A stretch of 30,783 nucleotides of DNA from a virus (IMGVR_UViG_3300034116_000273:1-30783), one strand, 5' to 3'. Numbered from the stretch's first letter, positions 7,865-16,854 are shown. Notes: generated by a model not told the origin, from the sequence alone. Numbers and translations: made by a program.

Positions 7865-7994
7865 CTATGATTTCTATTTTTGCTTTTGTTCCTAGTTTAG
7901 ATCTGTGTCTTAGTTGATCTCTTTCTAGTTTTTCTTCTTGGGATACGAAATAAAGGTCTAGGCCTTTAAATTTCCATTTGATTTGTTTTGTCAT
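7614..7994 (-). CDS. Hypothetical protein with acidic tail, overlapping the previous gene
   Basis: 126 aa; the only ORF covering 7865-7965; contains GCSSCE. Confidence 0.55.
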   Translation of the reverse strand: MTKQIKWKFKGLDLYFVSQEEKLERDQLRHRSKLGTKAKIEIIDDNFTLNESDIAGCSSCERNAILNTQPPVSVDAEQTELESETPELLGVFIDVEPTDPATDLFPDGSSTSDDNSTSDSVASEPN

Positions 7995-8496
7995 CGTCTT
8001 GATTTTTTTGTGGTTCTATTTGTGTTTTGATGTGTCTTCTGATCCTGTTGATGCTTAGACTTATTGAAGTCCTTGGGATCTTAGTTGCTCTAGCCAGCGA
8101 GGAAACTGTGTGGTTCTCCTGGACGAAGGTGTCAAATAAGATTCTGTCGTACCAGCAAAGTCCGTCGAGTTCGGCTCTGATTCGGTCTGCTGTCTTAGTA
8201 AATTCCTCATCTTCTTCTTCGATAATATCGATAAAGTCATCCGTGATTTCGTCATGTTGTTTTCTATAAGTATAAAAGAATGGAGAAGTGTTTGAGTTCC
8301 ACTGGTTCATCATCATCCTTACAAGATAAAAGCGACCACCACCAGAAGCAACAATCTCCTCCACGTTCTTTTTTACTAGAAATTCCTCCATGCAGTGGTG
8401 CAGCAGTTCGTCTGCAAGTTCAGAATTTTGAGATATCCTGACCGCTGCTTGGTGAAGTTCCTTATAGTTGTCCTGCATGAAATCGTTTACCTTCAC
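7966..8496 (-). CDS. ECF/sigma-70-like RNA polymerase sigma factor
   Basis: Region 2-like (YKELHQAAVRI...ADELLHHCMEEF...FYLVRMMMN) and region 4 HTH (LCWYDRILF...TVSSLARATKIPRTSISLSINRIR); GTG start uncertain. Confidence 0.8.
   Translation of the reverse strand: MKVNDFMQDNYKELHQAAVRISQNSELADELLHHCMEEFLVKKNVEEIVASGGGRFYLVRMMMNQWNSNTSPFFYTYRKQHDEITDDFIDIIEEEDEEFTKTADRIRAELDGLCWYDRILFDTFVQENHTVSSLARATKIPRTSISLSINRIRRHIKTQIEPQKNQDDDKTNQMEI
8267..8292 (-). promoter_or_regulatory. Internal late-promoter-like motif AACA-N15-ATACTTA inside the sigma gene
   Basis: Matches motif and spacing, but is intragenic. Confidence 0.35.
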
Positions 8497-8500
8497 ATTG

Positions 8501-8839
8501 TTATTCTATATTGAAAATATCGTCCGGCCCAGTAGAGTTTTCGCAGGGGTCAGGAACATCCGTAAACACAAAAGATAGGGATCTAGCCCCGCCTTTGAAT
8601 GCCCTGTTTATGGTAATGTAGCCTTTCATCTGCAGTAGATTAAGGGTGGTAAAGACGTCGTTTTTAGGGAAACCGAACTTGTGTCCCATCCACTCGTCTG
8701 TGGAAAAGCAACACCGTTGCTGGATAGACCATGAGTAAACATAGTTAAGCAGGATTTTTTCAAAAAGGGATAGACCTTCTATTCTGAATATCCAGGGATC
8801 CACTCTTAGTAGGATTGCGTTTTCTGTCCTATTGTCCAT
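8501..8839 (-). CDS. Winged-helix protein (replication-initiator N-terminal-like)
   Basis: LSLFEKILL...CFSTDEWMGHKFG...VFTTLNLLQMKGYITI pattern. Confidence 0.65.
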   Translation of the reverse strand: MDNRTENAILLRVDPWIFRIEGLSLFEKILLNYVYSWSIQQRCCFSTDEWMGHKFGFPKNDVFTTLNLLQMKGYITINRAFKGGARSLSFVFTDVPDPCENSTGPDDIFNIE

Positions 8840-9056
8840 CTCCGAACTTTTGATTTAGCATACTTTCCAACTCTTCTAGATTACAAAGAGTAAGTATTTG
8901 GTTCTCGAATGTTAGGTAGTTGTGCAGTTTAACTGACACATTTCCCGAGTCGGTTAGGGATATCCCCTGGACTAACCACTCCCTATTTTGGTACTTAATG
9001 TAATTACCTTCGGGGCGGATTTTTCTGTCTTTTGCTGTTCTTATTTGAAATGCCAT
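8829..9056 (-). CDS. Hypothetical protein
   Basis: 75 aa, tight operon spacing. Confidence 0.7.
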   Translation of the reverse strand: MAFQIRTAKDRKIRPEGNYIKYQNREWLVQGISLTDSGNVSVKLHNYLTFENQILTLCNLEELESMLNQKFGDGQ

Positions 9057-9062
9057 GTTTAT

Positions 9063-9254
9063 TTATAGTTGATTATTTTTATTTTGTTCCTTCAGAAGAA
9101 GATCCTCGAATGGGCCTAGATTTACGTTCATCCAAACTTTTTTCTCCTCGTCGTAAAATCGGACCATAAGATATCCTAGTTGAGAAATAAAAGATCCGGA
9201 CAGAACATATTTTCTTCCTTCGTACTCGTAGTATTTTTTTCCTATTTCGATCAT
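9063..9254 (-). CDS. Hypothetical protein
   Basis: 63 aa, ATGA overlap. Confidence 0.7.
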   Translation of the reverse strand: MIEIGKKYYEYEGRKYVLSGSFISQLGYLMVRFYDEEKKVWMNVNLGPFEDLLLKEQNKNNQL

Positions 9255-9808
9255 AGTCCAATGCTTTTTAAATCTTCTAGCAGTTCTTTTTCTTTTACTA
9301 TTTTTTCAGGCCAAATTATTTTGCCCTTAAAAAGAGGGTTGGTTGATAAGTTTAGTGATTTATCCGACCAAAGTACCGCCATTTTTTCTGGGTAGTGTTC
9401 CACTAACCACTGCAGTCTTTCTAGAGATACAGGTTTATATGCAGTAGGAAGTAATGGTTCGTCGCAGAAACAATCTTCGTCGTCTACAGATACAGAACAA
9501 ATAGGTGTGATAATATCGTCGTGTGCTATGTTAAAAAACTTTCTTACCATAAATAGATCTGTTTCCGAATCATCCCAGTCATGCCAATCCTCTACTATAT
9601 ATTCAACTATAGTTCCTATCCTTATTTGGTGTATTTGCAAATAAAGATCCATAAGTGCTACGAATTCATTTTGAAGTTCTGATTTCCTGGTTAGTTTTTT
9701 GCAGGATTTAGCCTTTTTTCTTAGCTCGCTTGAATAATAATCAAATTGTTCTGGAGATAGAGAAGAATAAAAGTTTATTTTTCCCTGTGATAGTTTGTAT
9801 TTTGCCAT
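9251..9808 (-). CDS. Hypothetical protein
   Basis: 185 aa, preceded by GAAAC-N17-CTATAA. Confidence 0.8.
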   Translation of the reverse strand: MAKYKLSQGKINFYSSLSPEQFDYYSSELRKKAKSCKKLTRKSELQNEFVALMDLYLQIHQIRIGTIVEYIVEDWHDWDDSETDLFMVRKFFNIAHDDIITPICSVSVDDEDCFCDEPLLPTAYKPVSLERLQWLVEHYPEKMAVLWSDKSLNLSTNPLFKGKIIWPEKIVKEKELLEDLKSIGL

Positions 9809-9829
9809 TTTTTTATTTGTTTACCTTTG

Positions 9830-9857
9830 TTATAGTTTAGTTTGTATAAAAAGTTTC
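9830..9857 (-). promoter_or_regulatory. Putative early/middle promoter GAAAC-N17-CTATAA
   Basis: One of 4 copies. Confidence 0.65.
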
Positions 9858-9873
9858 ATCAGGATAAGATGTT

Positions 9874-10560
9874 TTATCTTACGAGACCTCGGTCTCTGAC
9901 AACTTTTTTTACCCGGTGGGTGGAAGTCCATCCGAATCTATTAATTATTGCATAAAAAGTCAAGCCCATTAAATAAAGTTTTTCTATTTCGTCCGCCTCT
10001 TCTTCAGTAGTGGGTGATTTACCTCCCGGAAGTCTTAGCTTTTGGATACCAGGACCCCCGTTTTTTGCACGAGCAACAACCAACCAATGTGGTAATAAAA
10101 GAAACTTGTGAAGTTCAGTAATATCCATCCCCAGTTTTTCTGCACGCTCTTCTATCTTTATTAAATGTTCAACAGATTTTTTGGTGAATTTTCTCTTAAC
10201 AGCTAGCAATTGATCCCGTTCTTTGCTGGTAAGAGTGTTGGATTTTCTAATGTTTTCCCAGCGCAGATCCAATGGGTTGCCGTTGACAAATAAAAAATGT
10301 GGACCAAATGCAAGTTCACCTGTGTAGCACTCCCAGATAATTCTAATCTTAGATCCGCAGTTTCTCCTTGTTGGTGTGTGTCTCACTATGGCCGTGTCTT
10401 GCTTTTCATAGACTGCATACACGGATTCGTCGTAGTAGAGAACCCCTAGTTGGTTTATTTTTATCTGGTGGACAGGATGTTGGAAAAATATTTCCTCTTC
10501 GTGGTCTTCTAGTTTAGGAAACTTAGCCTCGAAAAGATGTCTAGCCGGGTAGACTATCAT
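9874..10560 (-). CDS. Degenerate HNH-like protein with C-terminal HTH
   Basis: RIIWECY...FVNGNPLDLRWENI (catalytic His position is F); C-terminal IEKLYLMGLTFYAIINRFG. Confidence 0.6.
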   Translation of the reverse strand: MIVYPARHLFEAKFPKLEDHEEEIFFQHPVHQIKINQLGVLYYDESVYAVYEKQDTAIVRHTPTRRNCGSKIRIIWECYTGELAFGPHFLFVNGNPLDLRWENIRKSNTLTSKERDQLLAVKRKFTKKSVEHLIKIEERAEKLGMDITELHKFLLLPHWLVVARAKNGGPGIQKLRLPGGKSPTTEEEADEIEKLYLMGLTFYAIINRFGWTSTHRVKKVVRDRGLVR

Positions 10561-10561
10561 T

Positions 10562-10759
10562 TTACAGTTCGACTGTAGACCAGGATTTTCCTTTGACGAT
10601 TCTGTAAACTTGAGCTTTGCTGATGTTGCAAGTCGAGGCTAGAGAATCATAAGTGTATCCACCAGCAGCATATAAAGATTTTATCTGTTTTACCTCGAAT
10701 TCATTCAGTTTAGCATTCCCGTTTTTTTCTCCTGCAAAATTACAATTTATTTTTTTCAT
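10562..10759 (-). CDS. Small HTH DNA-binding protein
   Basis: GEKNGNAKLNEFEVKQIK...YDSLASTCNISKAQVYRIVKGKSW, as found at the C-terminus of phage HNH nucleases. Confidence 0.75.
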   Translation of the reverse strand: MKKINCNFAGEKNGNAKLNEFEVKQIKSLYAAGGYTYDSLASTCNISKAQVYRIVKGKSWSTVEL

Positions 10760-10765
10760 ATGCTA

Positions 10766-10793
10766 TTATAGTTCCTGAGGGTATAAAAGTTTC
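10766..10793 (-). promoter_or_regulatory. Putative early/middle promoter GAAAC-N17-CTATAA
   Basis: One of 4 copies. Confidence 0.65.
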
Positions 10794-10795
10794 GT

Positions 10796-10828
10796 AAAAA
10801 ACCCCAGGAATGGCTAAAAACCTGGGGT
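10796..10828 (-). terminator. Rho-independent terminator
   Basis: ACCCCAGG/CCTGGGGT stem, 12-nt loop, followed by a T run on the minus strand. Confidence 0.75.
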
Positions 10829-10834
10829 GTTATG

Positions 10835-10901
10835 AAACAGTGTCCGGTCTAAATAAAATATGCTAGAATACCAATAACTAGAAAAATACCGGACACTGTT
10901 T
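10835..10901. repeat. Perfect 14-bp inverted repeat with 39-nt loop
   Basis: AAACAGTGTCCGGT / ACCGGACACTGTTT. Confidence 0.9.
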
Positions 10902-10905
10902 ATAG

Positions 10906-11112
10906 TTAATCCTTTTCGGATGGTTTCGCCTCTTTATATTTTTTTATCTCGTTGATAATTCTAAAATAAGTCCAAATAATAGACGGGACGGCCACTAGAA
11001 TTTTTATCAGTAAGTCCCACTGCATAGCAGACAAACCAAATAAAACTGTCGTGTTAACGTATGGAACTGGGTCGCTCCCCAGGCCTTTTATTATTGCTAA
11101 AGTATCTCTCAT
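10906..11112 (-). CDS. Small membrane protein (holin-like)
   Basis: 68 aa, hydrophobic core, charged C-terminus. Confidence 0.5.
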   Translation of the reverse strand: MRDTLAIIKGLGSDPVPYVNTTVLFGLSAMQWDLLIKILVAVPSIIWTYFRIINEIKKYKEAKPSEKD

Positions 11113-11192
11113 AGAGGTAAGTTCTTAATTTTTTCTCGTTCTCTAGCGTAGACTTATAGGCCTTTGATAGTCTTATTTCGAGAGGTTTAGGG

Positions 11193-11834
11193 TTATGCAT
11201 TTTTGGAGACATAAAGATTAGGTCCACATTCAACGCAGTCAGTTCCGTTGTCGTACCACCCAACGTTTCCTAGATCTCTGTTAGACATAGCAAGTCTTCT
11301 GCGGAATGCGTATGGTTGTTTGGGTGTAACAAGTTGCGCATAGTAGGGATTTCCACGTTCTGGTAGTTGTCCGTCTAGTACGTTTGGTGTGATGTAATCT
11401 GGGAAATCTCCGGGATGAAGGACCATCCATTCTATCATCCTTTTCATGTAAGTTTCTCCTGCAGACCTAACCTGGTCCATTAGAAACTTTAACTCGTCCA
11501 ATACAATAGATTCCGAGTTCTCCGACGTTGGGGAAACAACCGACTTATTAAAAATTTTGTACTTCAAAAAGGGTAAAGCCATGAAAAGCCCAAAATTACA
11601 CAAGGCCGAACCTATGTAGTTGTCCAGTAAAAACTGGTTGTTAGAAGAAACAGTGTTGTTTACCACTTGAGTTTTTAGTTTCATGTAATAAGTTGCACCG
11701 ATATAATTTTGCAAATAAATGTCCTGCGCCTGTAAAATTGATGGGATAAGATCAGCGGGGGAAACATTCTGATTGATGGAGGTAAAAGCCTTTAACTTTT
11801 CCTCGGAGACTAGTAATGCGAGTTTTTGTGCCAT
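11193..11834 (-). CDS. Head-tail adaptor/connector protein
   Basis: Follows the portal; ILQAQDIYLQNYIG and FPDY motifs. Confidence 0.65.
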   Translation of the reverse strand: MAQKLALLVSEEKLKAFTSINQNVSPADLIPSILQAQDIYLQNYIGATYYMKLKTQVVNNTVSSNNQFLLDNYIGSALCNFGLFMALPFLKYKIFNKSVVSPTSENSESIVLDELKFLMDQVRSAGETYMKRMIEWMVLHPGDFPDYITPNVLDGQLPERGNPYYAQLVTPKQPYAFRRRLAMSNRDLGNVGWYDNGTDCVECGPNLYVSKNA

Positions 11835-11837
11835 GTG

Positions 11838-13016
11838 TTATTCGATTGCGTCTATTGCTCCTGGGCCGACTGCTACCCCTTCTTCGTTAAAGAGTTTCTT
11901 AGGCTCGATGTAAAGTTCTGTATCGTATCCGTAGTAGTTGATAAGTTTGTCAAATACTTTTAGAAGAACTGCTTGATCCGGTTGGATTACAGTCGATACA
12001 AAGTGCTGGTAGGAAACTAGAATTTCATCTTTATTGTTAGTTAACCCGGAAGATCCTAGATCTTTGATTCCAAGTAGGAGGGGTGATGTAATCCTGTGTC
12101 CCGTCAATATCCTAGAGGTAATCCTAGATTCGAGTGTGATGTAGTATTCATCGTTAGCGGACTCGATAGGCGTTACTTCCATGTTGTGGTCTTTATCGGG
12201 TGAAAAGGCTAAGAAAAACCTTCCTGTATTATCTACCCCGGAAAAGTTAGATGCGATTTCCTGGTAAATATCTTGACGTTCTTCTGGACTTGGCATTCCG
12301 TCGTGGAACTGGATCACGAGGCTAGGATTTAATCCGTTCATAAGGTTCCAGTAGTGGAAACTAGAAATGGATACGTCCACCTGTATGTCTGTAAGAGATC
12401 CAGAATACTGCGGGAGAGGATAGTATTTTTGTCCAGGGTTGTGTGTGAAAAAATACAAGATTTGGTTTGGATATTCCCCTGCTCTGTTTGGATCAAATGA
12501 CTTAAAAGCCTTAGGCTTATAGATTTCTCTCTTGATTTTAGTCCAGTCGGCCGAGTAGTAGTACCATTCCACTTTATCCGTGTCGTAATCTATGTGTCCC
12601 GAGCGGATATCGTTAAAGTCCATGTTGTAGATATCAACAATTTTATCGCCCGATCTGCTCCAGATAATATTAAGCGCAAAGCCGCCGTAAATGATATAAT
12701 CTAGAGATGCTCTAGAAAAAATATCGTTCCAACCTTCCATAGGATTAGCTCTTTTTAGAATGTATTCTAGAGTTTCGTCCTTAGTTCTTAGTCCTTCTCC
12801 GATAGTTGCAATATGCTTAGACACGATGCAAGATCTGTTCATAGCAGATGCGTTATAAAGTGGGGTGATAAGACTGTTTGGGTATAAATTATCGTTTCCG
12901 TATCTAACCCAGGATTCACCTCTGACTTCGTAAACTCTAGGTAGGGTTGGATCCGGTACATCTAGAGAAAACCTTTGAAAAGTAGATGCGACTTTTTGTT
13001 TATTATCTTTGTTCAT
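11838..13016 (-). CDS. Portal protein
   Basis: WVRYGNDNLYP, YYPLPQY, NGLNPS, ILTGHRITSPLLLGI, VIQPDQ. Confidence 0.85.
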   Translation of the reverse strand: MNKDNKQKVASTFQRFSLDVPDPTLPRVYEVRGESWVRYGNDNLYPNSLITPLYNASAMNRSCIVSKHIATIGEGLRTKDETLEYILKRANPMEGWNDIFSRASLDYIIYGGFALNIIWSRSGDKIVDIYNMDFNDIRSGHIDYDTDKVEWYYYSADWTKIKREIYKPKAFKSFDPNRAGEYPNQILYFFTHNPGQKYYPLPQYSGSLTDIQVDVSISSFHYWNLMNGLNPSLVIQFHDGMPSPEERQDIYQEIASNFSGVDNTGRFFLAFSPDKDHNMEVTPIESANDEYYITLESRITSRILTGHRITSPLLLGIKDLGSSGLTNNKDEILVSYQHFVSTVIQPDQAVLLKVFDKLINYYGYDTELYIEPKKLFNEEGVAVGPGAIDAIE

Positions 13017-13022
13017 CTACTA

Positions 13023-13048
13023 TAAGTATAAAAATCAAGAAAACTGAC
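13023..13048 (-). promoter_or_regulatory. Putative late promoter GTCA-N15-ATACTTA (portal)
   Basis: Repeated motif, 6 nt before ATG. Confidence 0.75.
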
Positions 13049-13052
13049 AATT

Positions 13053-13080
13053 GAAACTTTTTACCTCAGGATAACTATGA
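13053..13080 (+). promoter_or_regulatory. Putative early/middle promoter GAAAC-N17-CTATGA (glycosyltransferase)
   Basis: Same motif, oriented with the only plus-strand gene. Confidence 0.65.
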
Positions 13081-13090
13081 TAAATATACT

Positions 13091-14005
13091 ATGACTAAAA
13101 AACCAATCAATTTATTACTACACATTCAAGGAGGGCTAGGAAAATGTATTATGGCCACTGCAGTCCTAGCCTCTTGGAAGAGAACTTACCCCGACTCTAA
13201 AGTCGTTGTTGTCTCCGGATATCCCGAGGTTTTTGTGAACAATCCATATGTTTACAAGAATTTTCCCTTCGCCACACCTTACCTCTGGAAGGACTATTAC
13301 GGCCGCCCAGGCTGGAAAGTATCTGCCCATGACCCCTATATGGAGGAAAGTTGGATTAAGAATGAAAATCTTCACCTCATAGATATCTGGTGTCGCATGC
13401 TAGGTGTTGATTCGGTCCAAAAGACCCCGTTGCTTTATTTTGCAGGTCCAGAAGTCGACGAACTCCAGGCTATGATAAAAGTCGATAAGCCTCTAGTTGT
13501 TGTCCAGTCGACCGGCGGGGCTAACCCAGCTGCTAGATCTTGGACACGTAATCCACCAATTGGTGAGTTCGACGAGTTTTTAGCTAGGTATAAAGAGACA
13601 CACTATGTTGTCCATCTGTGCTTACCAGAAACACCTGCGTTGTCTAACATACACCAGCGGGTGGAAAATTTAAACCGCCGACAAGCAATGGCTTTAATTT
13701 ATTTTGCCCAAGAAGTTGTTGGTATTGATTCGTATGCTATGCATGCTAGGGCGGCGAACTTAGAGGCTGGGCCTAGTACAATCTTCTTCCCACTAGCCGA
13801 ATCAGTAGATAGACTGGGATACACCAGAAGCGGATGGAATAATATAGTCCCCACTGCTCAAATCCAGCAAATGCTGCTAGACCACACTGATTACTATGCG
13901 ACTGTGTTTAAGTTGTCCATCGAGAATGTCTCTGACAACTGTCCGGTACCTGCTGGAACTAGGTGGTTTAACCTTAGTGTTAAGAGTAATACTCAACAAC
14001 TCTAA
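13091..14005 (+). CDS. GT-B fold glycosyltransferase, GT9 (heptosyltransferase)-like
   Basis: GGLGKCIMATAV, YPEVFVNNPYV, RSW, VGIDSYAMH motifs. Confidence 0.75.
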   Translation: MTKKPINLLLHIQGGLGKCIMATAVLASWKRTYPDSKVVVVSGYPEVFVNNPYVYKNFPFATPYLWKDYYGRPGWKVSAHDPYMEESWIKNENLHLIDIWCRMLGVDSVQKTPLLYFAGPEVDELQAMIKVDKPLVVVQSTGGANPAARSWTRNPPIGEFDEFLARYKETHYVVHLCLPETPALSNIHQRVENLNRRQAMALIYFAQEVVGIDSYAMHARAANLEAGPSTIFFPLAESVDRLGYTRSGWNNIVPTAQIQQMLLDHTDYYATVFKLSIENVSDNCPVPAGTRWFNLSVKSNTQQL

Positions 14006-14789
14006 CTATTCCAGAAGCTCCGGCTCCTCCTGCTAGAGGACAAGAAGCTCCAGTCCAAGTTCCAGCATTTCCCCCTCCTCCACCTGCTCCATACGGAGAA
14101 GCATTAGGTGGGGTTAGGTTATTAAAGCAGGTATCTCCCCCTTTTCCTAATCTTAATCCAAGATAAAATCTCTCGGGACCACCTGCTCCTGTAGTAGTTG
14201 AAGGTATTGCCGCGCAACCAGATCCCCCGCCTGCTCCGCCTAAAGAAGAAGTAGAAGCTGCAAAAGAAGAACCGCCTGCTCCGGGATTAATACACCCAGT
14301 TCCACCAACATTTCCATTGTATGTTGTTCCTGCCCCACCTGCTCCGGGTGAAACTAAAATTATACAGCAAGCAGTGCTGCAATAACATCCTCCGGACCCA
14401 GGAGATCCACCATTTGCTATAGCAAGTGCTCCGAAGCATGAATTACCACCGACTGAACCTATAGTTCCATTAGAACCTGCAGTTGCTGCTCTAGCCCCGC
14501 CAGCCCCGCCAGCTCCTATAATTACACAGTGTGTAGCAGAAAGTTCTGCGCAAGTGTAACAGCAGGAAGAAACTCCTCCGCCACCGCCGCCTGCTCCACC
14601 AGAAGCAGATCTAGTAGGAAATAAACTAGTGTTAATTCCTCCTCCCCCACCGCCTCCCCCACCTGCTCCAACAGCATAGACACAAGCATAGACTAGACCT
14701 GCAGGCCTAGTCCAAGTTCCATTTGCAGTAAAATCTCTTACTATAGGACCGGTTGCCCCGTTGTTAAAAAATCCATTGTTCCCAAACAT
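13980..14789 (-). CDS. Glycine-rich, Cys-rich virion protein
   Basis: FTANGTW...VGAGGGGG...GASGIVRVVEY domain. Confidence 0.75.
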   Translation of the reverse strand: MFGNNGFFNNGATGPIVRDFTANGTWTRPAGLVYACVYAVGAGGGGGGGGGINTSLFPTRSASGGAGGGGGGVSSCCYTCAELSATHCVIIGAGGAGGARAATAGSNGTIGSVGGNSCFGALAIANGGSPGSGGCYCSTACCIILVSPGAGGAGTTYNGNVGGTGCINPGAGGSSFAASTSSLGGAGGGSGCAAIPSTTTGAGGPERFYLGLRLGKGGDTCFNNLTPPNASPYGAGGGGGNAGTWTGASCPLAGGAGASGIVRVVEYYS

Positions 14790-14793
14790 GTTA

Positions 14794-16821
14794 TTAGGCT
14801 AGATTAGTTGCAAATGATCCGTAATAAACAGTTCCAATATAAATTAGTGAAACTGTAGTTACGCTCCCGATAGCCCCGGTTATAACTGGAGGGGTTGCAT
14901 TAGGCCATTTAACAGATGCAGGCCAAGTGATAGTGTATCCTCCTGCTCCTCCCTGGGTTATGAATAATCCATAGTTTGCTCCGTCGATAGGATTGGATAG
15001 AGTTAAAGAAGATATAGAAGATGTTAGGGTTAAACTCTGATTGTTTCCGTTGTCCCAATCTAGTGTTACAGTTCCACCGACGTCTCCGTTAGCGTTCGTT
15101 AAAGAAGCTCCTTGCCCAAAAGCAACTAAAGAGTTAACGTGCGTTGTGTTTTGTTTAATAGCAGTTAAATTATTTCCTATAACAACTCCTCCAGTTACTC
15201 CGCTTGTGCTGCAATGACCAAATACTAATCCATCGTTAGAAGTTACAGAACTTACAGATCCTACGACAATAGATCTTGCAGAAGATGATCCAATCGAAGA
15301 TGCGTTTCCCAATACCAAAGGTCCTGCGTCTGTTGGCGCAGAAAAACTTGAAATACCACAATTACAAGTGTTAAATCCGATACTAATTCTAAAAGGACCT
15401 CCTGAACAAACCTTACCGTTTGTTCCGATTGCGATTCCAAGATAATCCCCATTTGCGTTTGTTCCGATTGCTACTGCTTGTTGTCCTGAAACAGAATTAG
15501 GTCCTATTGAAATCCCTGAGAGATCGTCAGCAATTGCTCCAAGACCAATAGCAACAGAACCGTTACCATAAGCATTTGCTGTGTTGCAAGCTCCCTCACC
15601 AATAACTACCCCATATTCTCTTGCTATTGCGTCTTTTCCTATTGCTATACCTGTGCTGCAAATAGTTCTTGTATTACAACCAATTGCTATGCTATTTGAT
15701 CCAATAGTGCAAGCTGAATTACCCAGAACTACTGAGTTGCAAGCCCCGGTACCTCCGACAGAAGAGCAGCCTAAGACTATGGTGCCGGTTGCTCCTGTGT
15801 GGATAGTGTTGCAAAATCCTATAGCATTTGTAAAAGCGTTAGAAGAACAGATAGTGTTAGCAAGTCCTAAAGCCATAGTACAATTTGCAGAATTAACATT
15901 ATTAAAACCAACTGCAATTTTTACCCCACCAAATCCTCCAACCTGATTGCCTGAGCCTAATGCAAGAGCCGCAGCTGGAGATCCGCCTCCTCCTCCGTTA
16001 TTACTTCCAAAAACAAAAATATCTCCCCCAATAGGAACTGAGTTGTTATTACCAACCTGAATATGGTTGTTATAAGCTAATCCATTACTAAATCCGATAT
16101 TTATAGCTTGGCCCTGTGAAGAACATCCGTCTCCGATAGCAATACCATTATTATTTCCATCGACTTTTGCGTTTAGTCCTATTGCAATACCAAATCCACC
16201 TGCTGGACATGCGGTTGCATTAGTTCCGATAGCAATACTATTTTGTGTTGTTGCGCAAGCTGTTGCCCCAATAACGATTGCATTAGAGACAGTTGCAGTT
16301 CCTCCGATTGCTGTAGAAACTAAAGAGTTGGTTTGTTCGATGGTAATCGGAGAAGATGCTCCCGCTCCTGTTGCTCCCGCTGGGCCGGTTGCTCCAGTTG
16401 ATCCAGCAACACCAGAAGATCCATCTGCTCCAGTTGGTCCTGCAGGTCCAGTTGCTCCGTTAATACCAGAAGTTCCGCTGGTCCCAGAAGAACCACTTAC
16501 TCCGCTAGTTCCAGAAGTTCCCGATGTGCCGTTAATTCCACTGGTCCCAGAAGAACCACTTACTCCGCTAGTCCCAGAAGTTCCCGATGTGCCGTTAATT
16601 CCGCTGGTCCCGGAAGTTCCGGAAGTTCCTGCTGCTCCAGTTGTTCCTATAATGTTTCCTGTTACAATACCAGAAAAGTTTATTGTGGTGTCTGAAACCT
16701 GGATGTTTAGGAGATTACCTAGACCATCTGTGATTTCCTGTAAAGCCCCGGTAAGTCCAGTCGCCCCGATATTTAGGACACCTTCGTACGTGTCTTTAAT
16801 TTGTGATCCTGTTAAGTTCAT
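14794..16821 (-). CDS. Tail fibre/adhesin with GTS repeats and YadA-like head repeats
   Basis: G-X-Y run, then many SIAIG/AIAIG/AVAIG repeats; C-terminal ITQGGAGGYTITWPASVKW domain. Confidence 0.8.
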   Translation of the reverse strand: MNLTGSQIKDTYEGVLNIGATGLTGALQEITDGLGNLLNIQVSDTTINFSGIVTGNIIGTTGAAGTSGTSGTSGINGTSGTSGTSGVSGSSGTSGINGTSGTSGTSGVSGSSGTSGTSGINGATGPAGPTGADGSSGVAGSTGATGPAGATGAGASSPITIEQTNSLVSTAIGGTATVSNAIVIGATACATTQNSIAIGTNATACPAGGFGIAIGLNAKVDGNNNGIAIGDGCSSQGQAINIGFSNGLAYNNHIQVGNNNSVPIGGDIFVFGSNNGGGGGSPAAALALGSGNQVGGFGGVKIAVGFNNVNSANCTMALGLANTICSSNAFTNAIGFCNTIHTGATGTIVLGCSSVGGTGACNSVVLGNSACTIGSNSIAIGCNTRTICSTGIAIGKDAIAREYGVVIGEGACNTANAYGNGSVAIGLGAIADDLSGISIGPNSVSGQQAVAIGTNANGDYLGIAIGTNGKVCSGGPFRISIGFNTCNCGISSFSAPTDAGPLVLGNASSIGSSSARSIVVGSVSSVTSNDGLVFGHCSTSGVTGGVVIGNNLTAIKQNTTHVNSLVAFGQGASLTNANGDVGGTVTLDWDNGNNQSLTLTSSISSLTLSNPIDGANYGLFITQGGAGGYTITWPASVKWPNATPPVITGAIGSVTTVSLIYIGTVYYGSFATNLA

Positions 16822-16828
16822 ATATTAG

Positions 16829-16854
16829 TAAGTATATTTTTCTTGATTATTGAC
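16829..16854 (-). promoter_or_regulatory. Putative late promoter GTCA-N15-ATACTTA
   Basis: 7 nt before ATG 16821. Confidence 0.75.

Noticed and set aside
8891-8916. ATACTTA inside the 75-aa ORF
   Set aside because: Lacks CA at the 15-nt spacing and is intragenic
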